NCBI GenBank assembly: GCA_001644455.1
Contig: LSTF01000058.1
Coordinates: 3,879 to 67,878, forward strand
Reading direction: 5' to 3'
Source: Betaproteobacteria bacterium SCGC AG-212-J23
GTDB taxonomy: Bacteria; Pseudomonadota; Gammaproteobacteria; Burkholderiales; SG8-39
DNA: 64,000 nt
Below are positions 38,106-54,038 of this stretch, piece after piece (the stretch's first letter is position 1; every line of letters starts with the position of its first letter). The notes under the pieces were generated by a model that searched no databases, was not told the DNA's origin, and worked only from the letters and a program-made list of their open reading frames with translations. Both the position numbers and the translations under genes were made by a program.

Positions 38106-39033
38106 CGACCTCGGCCCACTTCGCCCGGTCCGACTTCACCGTCTGGCGGAATTTGGCCGGGTCCTCCCAGCGCGGCGTGTTGCCGAGCTGAGCGAGGCGC
38201 TCGCGCACCGAAGGCGTCTCGAGCGCCGCCTTCACCGCGGCATTGATCCGGTCGACGATGGCCTTGTCGAGGCCCTTGGGCCCGAACAGGCCGAACCACG
38301 TGATGCTCTCGTAGCCGGGAACACCCGCCTCGGCGATCGTCGGGATCTCGGGAATCGCCGGCACGCGCGTCGCGGTGGTTACGCCGAGCAGCCGTACGCG
38401 GCCCGCCTTCCACTGCGACTGCACCGTCTGCACCTGGTTCATGATGCAGCAGGTCTGGCCCGAGACCACGGAGGCGAGCGCCTCCGGACCGCCTTTGTAG
38501 GGAACGTGCACCATGTTGAGACCGGCGCGCGAGACGAGCTCGGCGAACGCCAGATGCGTGCCGGTGCCGTTCCCGGTCGAAGCGTAGTTGTACTTGCCCG
38601 GATTCGCCTTCACCTTCTCGATGAATTCCTTCAGCGTGCTCGCGTCAATGACGTTTGGATTGACGGTGAGCACGTTCGAGACGTTGACCAGCGGCGCGAT
38701 CGGCGTGAAGTCGGCCTCGACGTCGAACGGCAACCTGCGGTAGAGCGCCGCGTTCACGCCGTGCGTCGCCGCGGTGCCGAGGAGGATCGTGTAGCCGTCG
38801 GGCCTCGCCTTCGCCACCACCTCGGAGGCGAGATTGCCGCCCGCGCCGGTGCGGTAGTCCATTACCAGCCTGCCGCCGAGCGACTTCTCCATCGGCTCCT
38901 GCAGCAGCCGTGCGACGACGTCGACGCCCGATCCGGCCGGGAAGCCCATGACGACCGTGATCGGATGCGTGCCAGGCCAAGTCTGCGCCAATGCTGTGAT
39001 CGGCAAGAGCAGCACCGCGAGGCGCCAGATCAT
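38077..39033 (-). CDS. Bug-family (TctC-like) tripartite tricarboxylate transporter substrate-binding protein
   Basis: Last 318 aa of track ORF 38077..39756. ATG 39033 overlaps the rpiA stop as ATGA. Signal peptide [16 protein letters not shown]. Family motifs GFPAGSGVD and [11 protein letters not shown]. Confidence 0.88.
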   Translation of the reverse strand: MIWRLAVLLLPITALAQTWPGTHPITVVMGFPAGSGVDVVARLLQEPMEKSLGGRLVMDYRTGAGGNLASEVVAKARPDGYTILLGTAATHGVNAALYRRLPFDVEADFTPIAPLVNVSNVLTVNPNVIDASTLKEFIEKVKANPGKYNYASTGNGTGTHLAFAELVSRAGLNMVHVPYKGGPEALASVVSGQTCCIMNQVQTVQSQWKAGRVRLLGVTTATRVPAIPEIPTIAEAGVPGYESITWFGLFGPKGLDKAIVDRINAAVKAALETPSVRERLAQLGNTPRWEDPAKFRQTVKSDRAKWAEVVKAVGATID

Positions 39034-39686
39034 TTTTGGATTGTCCTGATTCCCTGCGCACTGGCGAGGAGCAGAACGTCCGCGGGCCGGCGCGCGAAGA
39101 TGCCGTTGGTGACCACCCCGGCGATCTGGTTGATCCCGCCCTCGGTCTTGGGCGGATCGAGCAGCGTCATGCCGCGGCAGTCGAGGACGAGGTTGCCGTT
39201 GTCGGTGGTGAAGCCCTGGCGCAGCTCGGGCAGGCCGCCCAGCTTGACGATCTCGCGGCCGACGTAGCTGCGCGCCATCGGGATCACTTCGACCGGCAGC
39301 GGAAACTTGCCCAGCACGGGAACGAGCTTCGAGGCGTCGCAGATGCAGACGAATTTGCGCGCCACCGCGGCGACGATCTTCTCGCGCGTCAGCGCCCCGC
39401 CGCCGCCCTTGATCATGTGCAGGTTCTCGGTGACCTCGTCTGCGCCGTCCACGTAGACCGCGAGGTCGTTCACGCTGTTCAGGTCGAAAACCTTGATGCC
39501 GTGACCCTTCAGCCGCGCAGCACTGTTCTCGGATGCGGCGACGGCGCCCTCGATCCGGCCTTTGATCGTTGCCAGCGCATCGATGAAAAAATTGACCGTG
39601 GAGCCCGAGCCCACGCCGATGACGCCTTCCTGCGCGTACTTGAGCGCGGCTTCGGCAACCTGCTTTTTCAGCTCGTCCTGGGTCAT
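39030..39686 (-). CDS. rpiA: Ribose-5-phosphate isomerase A
   Basis: ATG 39686 is residue 11 of track ORF 39030..39716 and gives [15 protein letters not shown], the canonical RpiA N-terminus. Motifs GVGSGST and [16 protein letters not shown] overlap with the lpdA stop. Confidence 0.92.
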   Translation of the reverse strand: MTQDELKKQVAEAALKYAQEGVIGVGSGSTVNFFIDALATIKGRIEGAVAASENSAARLKGHGIKVFDLNSVNDLAVYVDGADEVTENLHMIKGGGGALTREKIVAAVARKFVCICDASKLVPVLGKFPLPVEVIPMARSYVGREIVKLGGLPELRQGFTTDNGNLVLDCRGMTLLDPPKTEGGINQIAGVVTNGIFARRPADVLLLASAQGIRTIQK

Positions 39687-41350
39687 TTCTTTTTCTGTGG
39701 CGGCATATCGGTGCACACGCCCTCGAAGAGCTCGGCGGCCATGCCGACCGACTCACTGGTCGTGGGGTGCGGGTGGATGGTCTTGCCGATGTCGGTCGCG
39801 TCCGCGCCCATCTCGACGCCGAGCGCCATCTCGCTGATCAGGTCGCCCGCGCCGGTACCGACGATGCCGGCGCCGACCACGCGGTGCGTCTCCGCATCGA
39901 AGATGAGCTTGGTGAAGCCTTCGTCGCGCGCGTTGGCGATGGCACGACCGGAGGCGCTCCAGGGAAATTTCGCCACGCCGACCGCTTTGCCCGCTTTCTT
40001 CGCTTCGTCCTCGGTGAGGCCGACCCACGCGATCTCGGGATCGGTATAGGCGACCGAGGGGATGACGCGCGCGTCGAAATGCGATTTCTGTCCAGCGGCA
40101 GCCTCGGCGGCGACATGCCCCTCGTGCACCGCCTTGTGGGCGAGCATCGGGTTGCCCGCCACGTCGCCGATCGCATAGATGTTCGGGACGTTTGTCCGCA
40201 GCTGGCTATCGACGGCAATGAATCCCTTGGCGTCGACGGCAACGCCGGCCTTGTCGGCCGCGACGTTTTTTCCGTTCGGCGTCCTGCCGACCGACACCAG
40301 GATCGCGTCATAGGTTTTCGTCTCGGCGCCTTCGAAGCTCACCTGCAGGCCTTTGGATGACGCGTCCACCTTCGTCGTCTTCGTCTTCAGCATCACGTTA
40401 TCGAAGCGCTTCGCATTCATCTTCTGCCAGACCGCGACCAGGTCCCGGTCGGCGCCGAGCATCAGGCCGTCCATCATCTCCACCACGTCGAGGCGCGTGC
40501 CGAGGGTCGAGTACACCGTGCCCATCTCCAGGCCGATGATGCCGCCGCCGATGATCAGCATCTTCTTCGGTACGCCCTTCAGCTCGAGCGCGCCGGTCGA
40601 GTCGACGATGCGCGGATCCTGCGGCAGGAACGGCAGCTTCGCCGCTTGCGAGCCGACGGCGATGATGGCGTTGGCGAAGCGCAGCTTCTTGCCAGCGACG
40701 TCGAGCGTGTTCTTGTCGACGAACTTGGCCAGGCCGGTCATCACGCTGACCTTGCGCAGCTTCGCCATCGCGGCCAGGCCGCCGGTCAGCTTGCCGACCA
40801 CTTTCTCCTTGAAGGCCCGCAGCTTGGCAAGGTCGAGCTTCGGTTCGCCGAAAGCGACGCCGTGATCGGCGAGCGCGCGCGCCGCATCCATCACCGCTGC
40901 GGTGTGCAACAAAGCCTTGGAGGGGATGCAGCCGACGTTGAGACAGACGCCGCCGAGCACCGGGTAGCGCTCGACCAGCACGGTACGCAGGCCGAGATCC
41001 GCGGCACGGAAGGCGGCCGAGTAGCCGCCGGGGCCGGCGCCGACGACAACGACATCACAGTCGTATTCGCCCTTCACCGCTGATGGCGGAGGTGTCGGCG
41101 CAGCGCTTTCCTGCTTTCCTTCGAGAACAAGAATCGGCGAACCCTTCGAAACCTTGTCACCGACCTTGACCTTGATGGATTGCACCGTCCCGGCCCCCGG
41201 CGACGGGATCTCCATCGTCGCCTTGTCGGATTCGAGAGTGATGAGCGACTGCTCCTTGGCGACGGTGTCGCCCGGCTTCACCAGCACTTCGATGACTTCG
41301 ATTTCCTTGAAGTCCCCGATGTCGGGAACCTTCACCTCGTGGGTTGGCAT
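39683..41350 (-). CDS. lpdA: Dihydrolipoyl dehydrogenase (E3) with an N-terminal lipoyl domain
   Basis: Track ORF, 555 aa. Lipoyl motif [14 protein letters not shown] loop GAGPGGY, redox disulfide [13 protein letters not shown]. Confidence 0.93.
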   Translation of the reverse strand: MPTHEVKVPDIGDFKEIEVIEVLVKPGDTVAKEQSLITLESDKATMEIPSPGAGTVQSIKVKVGDKVSKGSPILVLEGKQESAAPTPPPSAVKGEYDCDVVVVGAGPGGYSAAFRAADLGLRTVLVERYPVLGGVCLNVGCIPSKALLHTAAVMDAARALADHGVAFGEPKLDLAKLRAFKEKVVGKLTGGLAAMAKLRKVSVMTGLAKFVDKNTLDVAGKKLRFANAIIAVGSQAAKLPFLPQDPRIVDSTGALELKGVPKKMLIIGGGIIGLEMGTVYSTLGTRLDVVEMMDGLMLGADRDLVAVWQKMNAKRFDNVMLKTKTTKVDASSKGLQVSFEGAETKTYDAILVSVGRTPNGKNVAADKAGVAVDAKGFIAVDSQLRTNVPNIYAIGDVAGNPMLAHKAVHEGHVAAEAAAGQKSHFDARVIPSVAYTDPEIAWVGLTEDEAKKAGKAVGVAKFPWSASGRAIANARDEGFTKLIFDAETHRVVGAGIVGTGAGDLISEMALGVEMGADATDIGKTIHPHPTTSESVGMAAELFEGVCTDMPPQKKK

Positions 41351-42924
41351 CTACAGGATGATCTTGCGGATATCCGAGAGCACCGAGACGAGGTAGGTGG
41401 TGAAGCGCGCCGCGCTGGCGCCGTCGATCACCCGGTGATCGTAGGAGAGCGCGATCGGCATGATCAGCCGCGGCGCGAACTCCTTGCCGTTCCATACCGG
41501 CTTCATCGCCGCGCGCGACACGCCGAGGATCGCCACTTCCGGCGCGTTGATGATCGGCGTGAAGAACGTGCCGCCGATGCCGCCGAGGCTGGAGATGGAG
41601 AAGGTGCCGCCCTGCATGTCGCCGGGCTTGAGCTTGCCGTCGCGCGCCAGCTTGGAGATCTGCGCCAGCTCGCTCGCCACGTCGAACACGCCCTTGCGGT
41701 CGGCGTCGCGCACCACCGGCACGACCAGGCCGCCGGACGTATCGACCGCGACGCCGATGTGGAAGTACTTCTTCAGGGTCAGGGTTTCGCCCGACTTGTC
41801 GAGCGAGGAGTTGAAGTCCGGGAACTGCTTCAGCGCAGTGACGCAGGCCTTGATGAGGAAGGCGAGCATGGTGAGCTTGAAGCCGCGCTTTTCCGTCTCG
41901 GCGGTCTGCGCCTTGCGGAAGGCCTCCAGCTCGGTGATGTCCGCCTCGTCGAACTGCGTGACGTGCGGAATCGAGATCCAGTTGCGGTGCAGGTACGGGC
42001 CGGAGAGCTTCTGGATGCGCGGCAGCGGCTTCGACTCGATCGGCCCGAACTTGGCGAAATCAACTTCGGGCCACGCGGGCAGATTGAACGGCAGCGCTCC
42101 GCCGCCGCTCTTCACCGGAGAAACCGCTTTTCCGGAAAGAGCCCCTTTGACGAAGCCCTGCACGTCCGCATGCAGGATGCGGCCCTTCGGCCCGCTGCCT
42201 TGCACCTGCGAGAGGTTCACGCCCAGCTCGCGCGCGAATTTGCGCACCGAAGGGCTGGCGTGCGGCTTGGTGGTCGTCTCCTCGCGCGGCTCGCGCGGCA
42301 CCGGCCGTGGCGTCGCCGCGGCGGCGGGAACAGGTTGCGGCGTTGCAGCCGCCGGTTGCGGCGACGCTTTCGCTGCCGGCGCGGGGGCGGAGGTAGCCCC
42401 GTTTCCCTCCAGGATCAGGATTGCCGAGCCCTTCGATACCTTGTCGCCGACCTTGACCTTGATCGACTGCACGCGGCCCGCGCCCGGCGACGGGATCTCC
42501 ATCGTCGCCTTGTCGGACTCGAGGGTGAGCAGCGACTGCTCCTTCGCCACGGTATCGCCGGGCTTGACCAAGATCTCGATGACTTCCACTTCCTTGAAAT
42601 CGCCGATGTCGGGAACGGAGACGGTCTGCGTCCCACCGTTCGCTTTCGAGGCTGGCTTCGCCGGCTCGGCCTTGGGCGCTTCCTTGCGCGGCGCGTCTTT
42701 CGCGTCGAGCTCCAGGATCGCAGCGCCCTTGGAAACCTTGTCGCCGACCTTGATCTTGATCGACTGCACCACGCCATCGGCGGGCGACGGGATTTCCATC
42801 GTCGCCTTGTCCGATTCCAGCGTGATCAGCGACTGCTCCTTGGTCACGGCGTCGCCCGGCTTCACCAATATCTCGATGACCTCGACTTCCTTGAAATCAC
42901 CGATGTCGGGAACGACAACCTGAC

Positions 42925-42928
<4 letters not shown>
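41351..42928 (-). CDS. aceF: Dihydrolipoamide acetyltransferase (E2) with two lipoyl domains
   Basis: Track ORF, 525 aa. Two [11 protein letters not shown] modules, Ala/Pro linkers, catalytic SYDHRVIDGA. Confidence 0.93.
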
Positions 42929-45630
<2,702 letters not shown>

Positions 45631-45660
45631 GGATCCTCGAGCTTGGGGGCTTTCGGTCAC

Positions 45661-45669
45661 AGTATTATG
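45661..45669. promoter_or_regulatory. Overlapping divergent -10-like elements AGTATTATG (TATTAT on + for folD, CATAAT on - for aceE)
   Basis: TATTAT ends 7 nt before the folD ATG 45676, which has no Shine-Dalgarno. CATAAT on the minus strand leaves a ~33-nt aceE leader containing GAGGA. Confidence 0.4.
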
Positions 45670-45675
45670 CAACAC

Positions 45676-46515
45676 ATGTCCGCAAGAATTCTCGATGGAA
45701 AGGCGCTGGCCGCCGAGATTCGCACCGCTCTCAGGGCGAAGGTCGCGGCACTCGTGCGCCATGGAGTGAACCCCGGGCTCGCCGTGATCCTCGCCGGCGA
45801 CGATCCCGCCTCGAAGGTCTATGTGCGGAACAAGACTCGCGCCTGCGAGGAAGTCGGTGTGCGCTCGCAGCAGATCGACTATCCCGCCGCGGTCACTCAA
45901 GAAGAACTCATCGCACGCATCAGAAAATTGAATGCCGACCCCGCGGTGCACGGCATCCTCGTGCAACTGCCGCTGCCGAAGCAGATCGACTCGGCGGCAG
46001 TCCTCGCGGCGGTGGCGCCGGAGAAGGATGTCGACGGTTTCCACGAGTCGAACCTCGGCGCGCTGCTCGCCGGCAAGCCGCGCGTCGTGCCGTGCACGCC
46101 CGCGGGCGTGATGCGCCTCCTCGAGCACGCGGGCGTGACGCTTGCAGGGAAGCACGCGGTCGTCGTCGGCCGCTCCAACATCGTCGGCAAGCCAGTGGCG
46201 CTGCTTCTCTTGCAAAAGGATGCGACCGTCACCATCTGCCATTCGAAGACGAAAGACCTGGCGGAAACGTGCCGCCAGGCCGACGTCCTGATCGCCGCCG
46301 TGGGGCGCGCGAAACTCGTCACCGCGGCGATGGTCAAACCCGGCGCCTGCGTGATCGACGTCGGCGTGAATCGCCTGCCGGACGGCAAGCTCGCCGGCGA
46401 CGTCGACTTCGACGCGGTAAAGGAAGTCGCCGGCGCGATCACCCCGGTCCCCGGCGGTGTCGGTCCGATGACCATTGCGATGCTTTTGGAGAATTGTGTC
46501 AAATCCGCTGCTTGA
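45676..46515 (+). CDS. folD: Bifunctional methylenetetrahydrofolate dehydrogenase/cyclohydrolase
   Basis: ATG 45676 is residue 12 of track ORF 45643..46515 and gives [16 protein letters not shown]. Motifs [13 protein letters not shown] and GILVQLPLP. Confidence 0.93.
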   Translation: MSARILDGKALAAEIRTALRAKVAALVRHGVNPGLAVILAGDDPASKVYVRNKTRACEEVGVRSQQIDYPAAVTQEELIARIRKLNADPAVHGILVQLPLPKQIDSAAVLAAVAPEKDVDGFHESNLGALLAGKPRVVPCTPAGVMRLLEHAGVTLAGKHAVVVGRSNIVGKPVALLLLQKDATVTICHSKTKDLAETCRQADVLIAAVGRAKLVTAAMVKPGACVIDVGVNRLPDGKLAGDVDFDAVKEVAGAITPVPGGVGPMTIAMLLENCVKSAA

Positions 46516-48502
46516 TTTTTCCGGCCTGCCACGGTTTGCGGAGATCGAGCCGGCGCATGTCGCGTCGGCGATCGACGAGCTGCTCGCACAGGGGCGCGCG
46601 GCCATCGCCGCAGTCACCACTGCGCCGCCGACCTGGGACGCCTTCGTCGCGCCGCTCGAGGACGCGAACGAGCGCATCGGCCGCGCCTGGGGACAGGTCT
46701 CGCACCTTCACGCGGTGATGGACAGCCCGGCGCTACGCGAGGCCTACAACGCCAACCTGCCGAAGATCACCCAGTACTGGACCGAGCTCGGCCAGAACGA
46801 GGCGCTGTTCGCGAAATACAAGGGACTGCAGAAATCCAGGGAGTTTTCCTCCTTGGGCGCCGCGAGAAGGAAAATCATCGAGAACGCCGTTCGCGATTTC
46901 CGGCTGAGCGGCGCCGAGCTGGCGGCGGACAAGAAAGCGCGCTTCGCCGCCATCCAGGAGGAGCTCGCCGGGCTGAGCGCGAAATTTTCCGAGAACGTGC
47001 TCGACGCGACGAATGCCTTTTCGATAACGGTTCCCAGGGAAAGAACGGCCGGCATTCCCGAAGACGCGCTGCACACGGCGCGCGAGGCGGCGCAGAAAGA
47101 CGGCAAGGAAGGCTTCAAGTTCACGCTGCACGCGCCCTCCTACCTGCCGGTAATGCAGTACGGGGAGGATCGCGCGCTGCGGGAGACGCTCTACCGCGAA
47201 AGCAGCACGCGCGCTTCCGAGTTCGGCAAGCCCGAGTGGGACAACACGGCCAACATCGCGCGCATCGTCGAGCTGCGCCGCGAGATGGCGAGGCTGCTCG
47301 GCTACGCGAGCTTCGCCGAGGTTTCGCTGGTACCGAAGATGGCCGAGTCGCCGGGGCAGGTCCTGGGCTTCCTCGACGACCTCGCGCACCGCGCCCGGCC
47401 TTTCGCCGAGAAGGACGTGGCGGAGCTCCGGGAGTTCTTCCCCGACCTGCAGGCCTGGGACGTGGCGTACGCGTCCGAGAAATTGCGCGCCAAGCGATAC
47501 GCATTCTCCGACCAGGAAGTGAAGCAGTACTTCCCCGAGGACGCGGCGGTGGGCGGCCTGTTCCGCGTCGCCCAGGCGCTCTATCAGGTGAGCATCGTTC
47601 CTTCCAAGGCGCCGGTCTGGCACGAAGACGTGCGTTTCTTCGACGTGCGCGATCGTGCTGGAGCCCTGGTCGGGCAGTTCTACATGGACCTCTACGCGCG
47701 CGAGACCAAGCGCGGCGGCGCGTGGATGGACGATGCCATCGGCCGCCGGCGCAAGGGCGAGCGCATCCAGACGCCGGTTGCCTACCTCAACTGCAACTTC
47801 TCCAGCCCGGTCGCGGGCAAGCCGGCGCTATTCACGCACGACGAAGTGCTCACGCTGTTTCACGAGTTCGGCCACGGGCTGCACCACCTGCTGACGCGCG
47901 TCGAGGATCTCGGCGTGTCGGGCATCAACGGCGTGGAATGGGACGCGGTCGAGCTGCCCAGCCAGTTCATGGAGAACTTCTGCTGGGAATGGGACGTGCT
48001 CCGCGAAATGACCCGTCACGTCGACACCGGAAGTTCCCTGCCAAAACCATTGTTTGAAAAAATGCTCGCCGCGAAAAACTTCCAGAGCGGGATGGCGATG
48101 CTGCGCCAGATCGAGTTCGCCGAGTTCGACATGCTGCTGCACAGCGACTTTGATCCCGCGAAAGACCGGAGCGCGCTCGCGCTGCTCGAGAAGGTGCGTG
48201 ATCGCGTCGCGGTGCTCAAGCCGCCCGCGTACAACCGCTTCCTCAATAATTTCTCGCACATCTTTGCCGGCGGCTACGCCGCGGGTTACTACAGCTACAA
48301 GTGGGCGGAAGTGCTCTCGGCGGACGCGTACTCTTTCTTCGAAGAAAACGGCATCCTCGATGCGAAGGTCGGCGCGCGCTTCCGCGACGAAGTCCTCGCG
48401 GTCGGCGGCAGCCGGCCGGCGGCGGAGTCGTTCCGCGCCTTCCGCGGCCGGGAACCGCGCGTCGACGCCCTGCTGAAGCACAGTGGTATGATTTCCGCAT
48501 GA
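46496..48502 (+). CDS. prlC: Oligopeptidase A (M3 family)
   Basis: GTG 46496 is residue 8 of track ORF 46475..48502 and gives (M)[13 protein letters not shown]. Zinc motif HEFGHGLHH. Overlaps folD by 20 nt. Confidence 0.92.
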   Translation: MSNPLLDFSGLPRFAEIEPAHVASAIDELLAQGRAAIAAVTTAPPTWDAFVAPLEDANERIGRAWGQVSHLHAVMDSPALREAYNANLPKITQYWTELGQNEALFAKYKGLQKSREFSSLGAARRKIIENAVRDFRLSGAELAADKKARFAAIQEELAGLSAKFSENVLDATNAFSITVPRERTAGIPEDALHTAREAAQKDGKEGFKFTLHAPSYLPVMQYGEDRALRETLYRESSTRASEFGKPEWDNTANIARIVELRREMARLLGYASFAEVSLVPKMAESPGQVLGFLDDLAHRARPFAEKDVAELREFFPDLQAWDVAYASEKLRAKRYAFSDQEVKQYFPEDAAVGGLFRVAQALYQVSIVPSKAPVWHEDVRFFDVRDRAGALVGQFYMDLYARETKRGGAWMDDAIGRRRKGERIQTPVAYLNCNFSSPVAGKPALFTHDEVLTLFHEFGHGLHHLLTRVEDLGVSGINGVEWDAVELPSQFMENFCWEWDVLREMTRHVDTGSSLPKPLFEKMLAAKNFQSGMAMLRQIEFAEFDMLLHSDFDPAKDRSALALLEKVRDRVAVLKPPAYNRFLNNFSHIFAGGYAAGYYSYKWAEVLSADAYSFFEENGILDAKVGARFRDEVLAVGGSRPAAESFRAFRGREPRVDALLKHSGMISA

Positions 48503-49107
48503 CGCGTGCGGTTGTGCTGTTCTTGATCGCTCTCAACGTCGCGGCGGTTTCAGCCCAACAGATGTACCGCTGGACCGACGAGAAGGGTCGCGTCCACATC
48601 ACCGACACGCCGCCGCCCGCCTCGGCGAAAGGCGTAAAGAAATCGAAGTCGGGCGGCGCCGCGGTCCCGGCCGAAGGCAGCCAGCAGACACCGTACGACC
48701 TCTCGCTGGCGATGAAGGAATACCCGGTCTCGCTCTACACCTCGCCGATGTGCAAGGAGCCCTGCCAGAAGGCGCGCGACCACCTCAACAAGCGCGGCGT
48801 GCCGTTCCGCGAAATCCAGGTCTGGGACACCGACAGCAACGAGGAACTGAAGCGTGTCTCGGGGACCAACCAGGTGCCGACGCTGACCGTCGGTTCGAGC
48901 GTGCAGAAGGGCTACGAAGTCAGCTCGTTCGACGAGCTGCTCGATTCGGCGCGCTATCCGAAGGCCGGCTCGGTCAAGCCTCGCGCGCAGGCCGCGCCCG
49001 CCACGCCGGAGGGCTACACGCCGCCGGCCGAAAGCGAGCCGCTCAAGGCGCAGCCCGTGAAACCGCCGGAAGAATCGAAGCCGCGCGGCCCCTACGCGCC
49101 GAGGTGA
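48499..49107 (+). CDS. Secreted DUF4124 + glutaredoxin-like domain protein
   Basis: ATG 48499 is residue 67 of track ORF 48301..49107 and overlaps the prlC stop as ATGA. Signal peptide [22 protein letters not shown]4124-like MYRWTDEKGRVHITDTPP, Grx-like segment with CKEPC. Confidence 0.8.
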   Translation: MTRAVVLFLIALNVAAVSAQQMYRWTDEKGRVHITDTPPPASAKGVKKSKSGGAAVPAEGSQQTPYDLSLAMKEYPVSLYTSPMCKEPCQKARDHLNKRGVPFREIQVWDTDSNEELKRVSGTNQVPTLTVGSSVQKGYEVSSFDELLDSARYPKAGSVKPRAQAAPATPEGYTPPAESEPLKAQPVKPPEESKPRGPYAPR

Positions 49108-49877
49108 CGTTCCGGCTCGCGACCTGGAACGTCAACTCCCTCAAGGTCCGGCTCCCGCATCTTCTCGGCTGGCTCGCCAAGGCGAAGCCCGACGTCGTCT
49201 GCCTGCAGGAAACGAAGACCGAGGACAAGACCTTCCCGCTCACCGATCTCGAAGCGGCGGGGTATCGGGTCATCTACAGCGGACAGAAAACGTACAACGG
49301 CGTCGCCATCCTCTCCCGCACACCGCTTTCCGCCGAGACGCGCGGCCTCCCCGATTTTCCGGACGATCTCAAGCGCGTCATCGCTGCGAAGATCGGGGAT
49401 GTACGGGTCATTTGCCTCTACGCCCCGAACGGCCAGGAGCCGGGCTCGGAGAAGTACGCGTACAAGCTGCGCTGGTACGAAGCCTTGACCGCGTGGTTGA
49501 AGAAAGAAGTGGACGGAAAGACTGCGGTGCTGGGAGACCTCAACATCGCGCCCGAGGCGCGCGACGTGCACGATCCGAAGCGCTGGGAGGGGAAGATCCA
49601 TTTCTCCGAGCCCGAGCGCGCCGCGTTCCGCGCGTTGATCGATCTGGGCTACCAGGACGCCTTCCGGCTCTTCGAGCAGCCGGAGAAGCAGTTCAGCTGG
49701 TGGGACTATCGCCTGAACGCGTTCCAGCGCGGCTGGGGACTGCGCATCGACCATGTCCTGCTCTCGCCGGGACTGGCCGCGCACTGCACGGCGTGCTCGA
49801 TCGACGTTGAGCCGCGCAAGCTCGAACGCCCCTCCGATCACGCGCCGGTGCTAGTCGATCTGACGGTAGGCCGGTAG
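49104..49877 (+). CDS. xthA: Exodeoxyribonuclease III
   Basis: GTG 49104 is residue 119 of track ORF 48750..49877 (GTGA overlap). Motifs WNVNSL, CLQETK, SDHAPV. Confidence 0.92.
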   Translation: MTFRLATWNVNSLKVRLPHLLGWLAKAKPDVVCLQETKTEDKTFPLTDLEAAGYRVIYSGQKTYNGVAILSRTPLSAETRGLPDFPDDLKRVIAAKIGDVRVICLYAPNGQEPGSEKYAYKLRWYEALTAWLKKEVDGKTAVLGDLNIAPEARDVHDPKRWEGKIHFSEPERAAFRALIDLGYQDAFRLFEQPEKQFSWWDYRLNAFQRGWGLRIDHVLLSPGLAAHCTACSIDVEPRKLERPSDHAPVLVDLTVGR

Positions 49878-51446
49878 CGTCAGAAATTCGACGTAGTCCT
49901 GCACGATCAGCGTCTCGAAGAGGCGCGCGGCTTCGTCGAATCTGCCTTCCGCGCCGCTCTCCTTGACCTTCGCGAGTTCTTCCGCGAGCAGCGGCCTGAA
50001 AAGCTCCACCGTGACCTTGCGGCCATCTTCCAGCACGCCTTTCGGCGAGCGGATCCATTGCCAGATCTGCGAGCGCGAGATCTCGGCGGTGGCGGCATCC
50101 TCCATCAGGTTGAACACCGGCACGCAGCCATTGCCCGCGAGCCAGGCGCCGAGGTACTGGATGGCGACCGAGATGTTGTTGCGCAGGCCGGCCTCCGTGA
50201 TGGGCTTCTCCGGCTGGAAATCCAACAAGTCCTTGGCGCTGACGTTCACGTCCGGGCGCTGGCGCGCGTACTGGTTCGGCCCGGGCATGTGCTTGTCGAA
50301 CACTTCCCGGGCGATGCCGACCAGGCCGGGGTGCGCCACCCAGGTGCCGTCGCAGCCGTCGGTCACCTCGCGCAGCTTGTCGGCGCGCACCTTCTCGAGC
50401 GCCGCCTGGTTCGCCGCCGGATCGTTCTTGATCGGGATCTGCGCCGCCATGCCGCCCATCGCCGGCGCGCCGCGGCGGTGGCAGGTCTTGACCAGCAGCA
50501 GCGCATAGGCGCGCATGAACGGCGCGGTCATCGTCACCTGCGAGCGGTCGGCGAGGCAGAAATCCTGGTTGGCGCGGAATTTCTTGATGCAGGAAAAGAT
50601 GTAATCCCAGCGGCCGATGTTGAGACCGGCGGAGTGCTCGCGCAGCTCGTGCAGGATCTCGTCCATCTCGAACGCTGCGAGCACGGTCTCGATCAACGCC
50701 GTGGCCTTGACGGAGCCTCTCGCGACTCCCAAGGTCTCCTGGGCGAAGACAAACACGTCATTCCAGAGCCGCGCCTCGAGATGGGATTCCATCTTCGGCA
50801 GATAGAAGTACGGCCCCGAGCCGCGCTTGAGCAATTCCTTCGCGTTATGAAAGAAGAACAGCGCGAAGTCGAACAGGCTGCCGGAGACGACCTCGCCGTC
50901 GACCCTGGCGTGCTTCTCGTCGAGGTGCCAGCCGCGCGGCCGCGGGATGAGCACCGCGGTCCGGTCGTTCAGCTTGTACTGCTTGCCGTTCTGCTCGAGG
51001 CTGATCGTGCGCCGCACCGCGTCGCGCAGGTTGAGCTGCCCGTCGATCATGTTGTGCCAGGTCGGGCAGTTCGCGTCCTCGAAGTCCGCCATGAAAGTCG
51101 AGGCGCCGCAGTTGAGTGCGTTGATCACCATCTTGCGGTCGGTGGGGCCGGTGATCTCGACGCGGCGATCGAGCATGTCCTTCGGCTGCGGCGCGATCGT
51201 CCACTCGGCGTCGCGCAATTTCTTCGTTTCGGCGAGAAAGTCAGGCAGCGCGCCGCGATCGAATTCCTTCTGCCGCGCGGCGCGGCGGGCCAGCAACTCC
51301 TGACGGCGCGGCTCGAAGCGCCGGTGAAGCTTGGCGACGAACTCGAGCGCCTCGGGCGTCAGGACTTCGGCGAATTCCGCCGTGATGCGGCCGCTTATCT
51401 CGACGCTGTTGGAGAGCTTCTGCTCGCTGAGGGCGGACGTTTGCAT
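49851..51446 (-). CDS. aceB: Malate synthase A
   Basis: Track ORF, 531 aa. Family segments ([32 protein letters not shown]). Confidence 0.93.
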   Translation of the reverse strand: MQTSALSEQKLSNSVEISGRITAEFAEVLTPEALEFVAKLHRRFEPRRQELLARRAARQKEFDRGALPDFLAETKKLRDAEWTIAPQPKDMLDRRVEITGPTDRKMVINALNCGASTFMADFEDANCPTWHNMIDGQLNLRDAVRRTISLEQNGKQYKLNDRTAVLIPRPRGWHLDEKHARVDGEVVSGSLFDFALFFFHNAKELLKRGSGPYFYLPKMESHLEARLWNDVFVFAQETLGVARGSVKATALIETVLAAFEMDEILHELREHSAGLNIGRWDYIFSCIKKFRANQDFCLADRSQVTMTAPFMRAYALLLVKTCHRRGAPAMGGMAAQIPIKNDPAANQAALEKVRADKLREVTDGCDGTWVAHPGLVGIAREVFDKHMPGPNQYARQRPDVNVSAKDLLDFQPEKPITEAGLRNNISVAIQYLGAWLAGNGCVPVFNLMEDAATAEISRSQIWQWIRSPKGVLEDGRKVTVELFRPLLAEELAKVKESGAEGRFDEAARLFETLIVQDYVEFLTLPAYRQID

Positions 51447-51452
51447 TGCAGC

Positions 51453-51458
51453 ATTCTA
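51453..51458 (-). promoter_or_regulatory. -10-like TAGAAT 6 nt upstream of the aceB ATG
   Basis: The minus strand reads CATAGAATgctgcaATG. The 6-nt gap puts the A of the ATG at +1. There is no Shine-Dalgarno. Confidence 0.35.
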
Positions 51459-51543
51459 TGACACGAATGTGGCAGTGCAACATGAATTGCTACGCCGATG
51501 GGAGTAGCCTGTTCTCCCACTTAGCAAGTCGGAATTTCACATC

Positions 51544-52631
51544 ATGAAATACAACGTCCTGATCTTTGGCGCGTCCTATGGCTCCCTGCTCGCGACCAAG
51601 CTGCTGCTCGCCGGCCACAACGTGAAGATGGTCTGCACGCCGCCCGAGGTGGAGCTGTTCAACAAGGAAGGCTCGCGCGTCCGCATGCCGGTCAAGGGGC
51701 GCGAGGGGTTGGTCGAGGTCGACTCGCGCAAGCTGCCGGGCAAGCTCTCCGCCGAGGTGCCAACCGCAGTGAAGCTCTCGGGCTACGACCTGGTCGTGCT
51801 CGGCATGCAGGAGCCGCAATACCGCTCGCCGGGCGTGCGCGAGCTGCTCGACGCGGTGGCGAAGGCGAAGCTGCCGTGCATGTCGATCATGAATATGCCG
51901 CCGCTGCCTTACCTCGCGCGCATCCCCGGCGTTTCCACCAAGGAAATCCGGTCTTGCTATACCGACCCGACGGTATGGGACAGCTTCGATCCGAACTTCA
52001 TGACGCTGTGCAGCCCCGACCCGCAGGCGTTCCGCCCGCCGGAGGAAAAGCTGAACGTGCTGCAGGTTCGCCTGCCGACCAACTTCAAATCGGCGCGCTT
52101 CCCCTCGGACGCGCACACCGCGATCCTGAAGCGCCTCGAGGCCGACGTCGAAGCCGCGCGCTTCGACGGCATGGAGCTGCCGGTGAAGCTGAAGGTGCAC
52201 GAGTCGGTTTTCGTGCCGCTCGCGAAATGGGCCATGCTCGTCGCCGGCAACTACCGCTGCGTCACCAAGACCGGAATTCGTCCGATCAAGGAAGCGGTGC
52301 ACTCCGACCTGGAAGCTTCGCGCGAGATGTACAACTGGGTGGTCAAGCTTTGCGTTTCGCTCGGCGCCGACGAGAAGGACCTGGTGCCGTTCGCCAAATA
52401 CGCCGCGGCGGCGCTGAGCCTTGGCAGCCCGTCGTCGGCTGCGCGCGCGCTCGACGCCGGCGCGCCGAATATCGAGCGCGTCGATCGCCTGGTACAGATG
52501 ATCGGCAAGTCGAAGGGCATGCGTTCGGCGACGCTCGACGAGACGGTCGCACTGGTCGACGCCAAGCTCGAGTCGAATCGCAAGAAAACCGCCGACGCCG
52601 GGCTGAAGCCGGCACAAGCGCAGAAGACCGC

Positions 52632-52635
<4 letters not shown>
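51544..52635 (+). CDS. Hypothetical NAD(P)-binding Rossmann-fold protein (ketopantoate-reductase/ApbA-like)
   Basis: Track ORF, 363 aa with good codon bias. The N-terminal beta-alpha-beta segment is YNVLIFGASYGSLLATKLLLAGHNV. I do not recognise a specific enzyme. Confidence 0.6.

Positions 52636-54034
<1,399 letters not shown>

Positions 54035-54038
<4 letters not shown>

Noticed and set aside
51470-51491. Sigma-54-like TGGCAG...TTGCT in the aceB divergent region.
   Set aside because: GG-to-GC spacing is 18 nt (or 6 nt to the nearer TGCA) instead of the required 12, so it is not a credible -24/-12 promoter.
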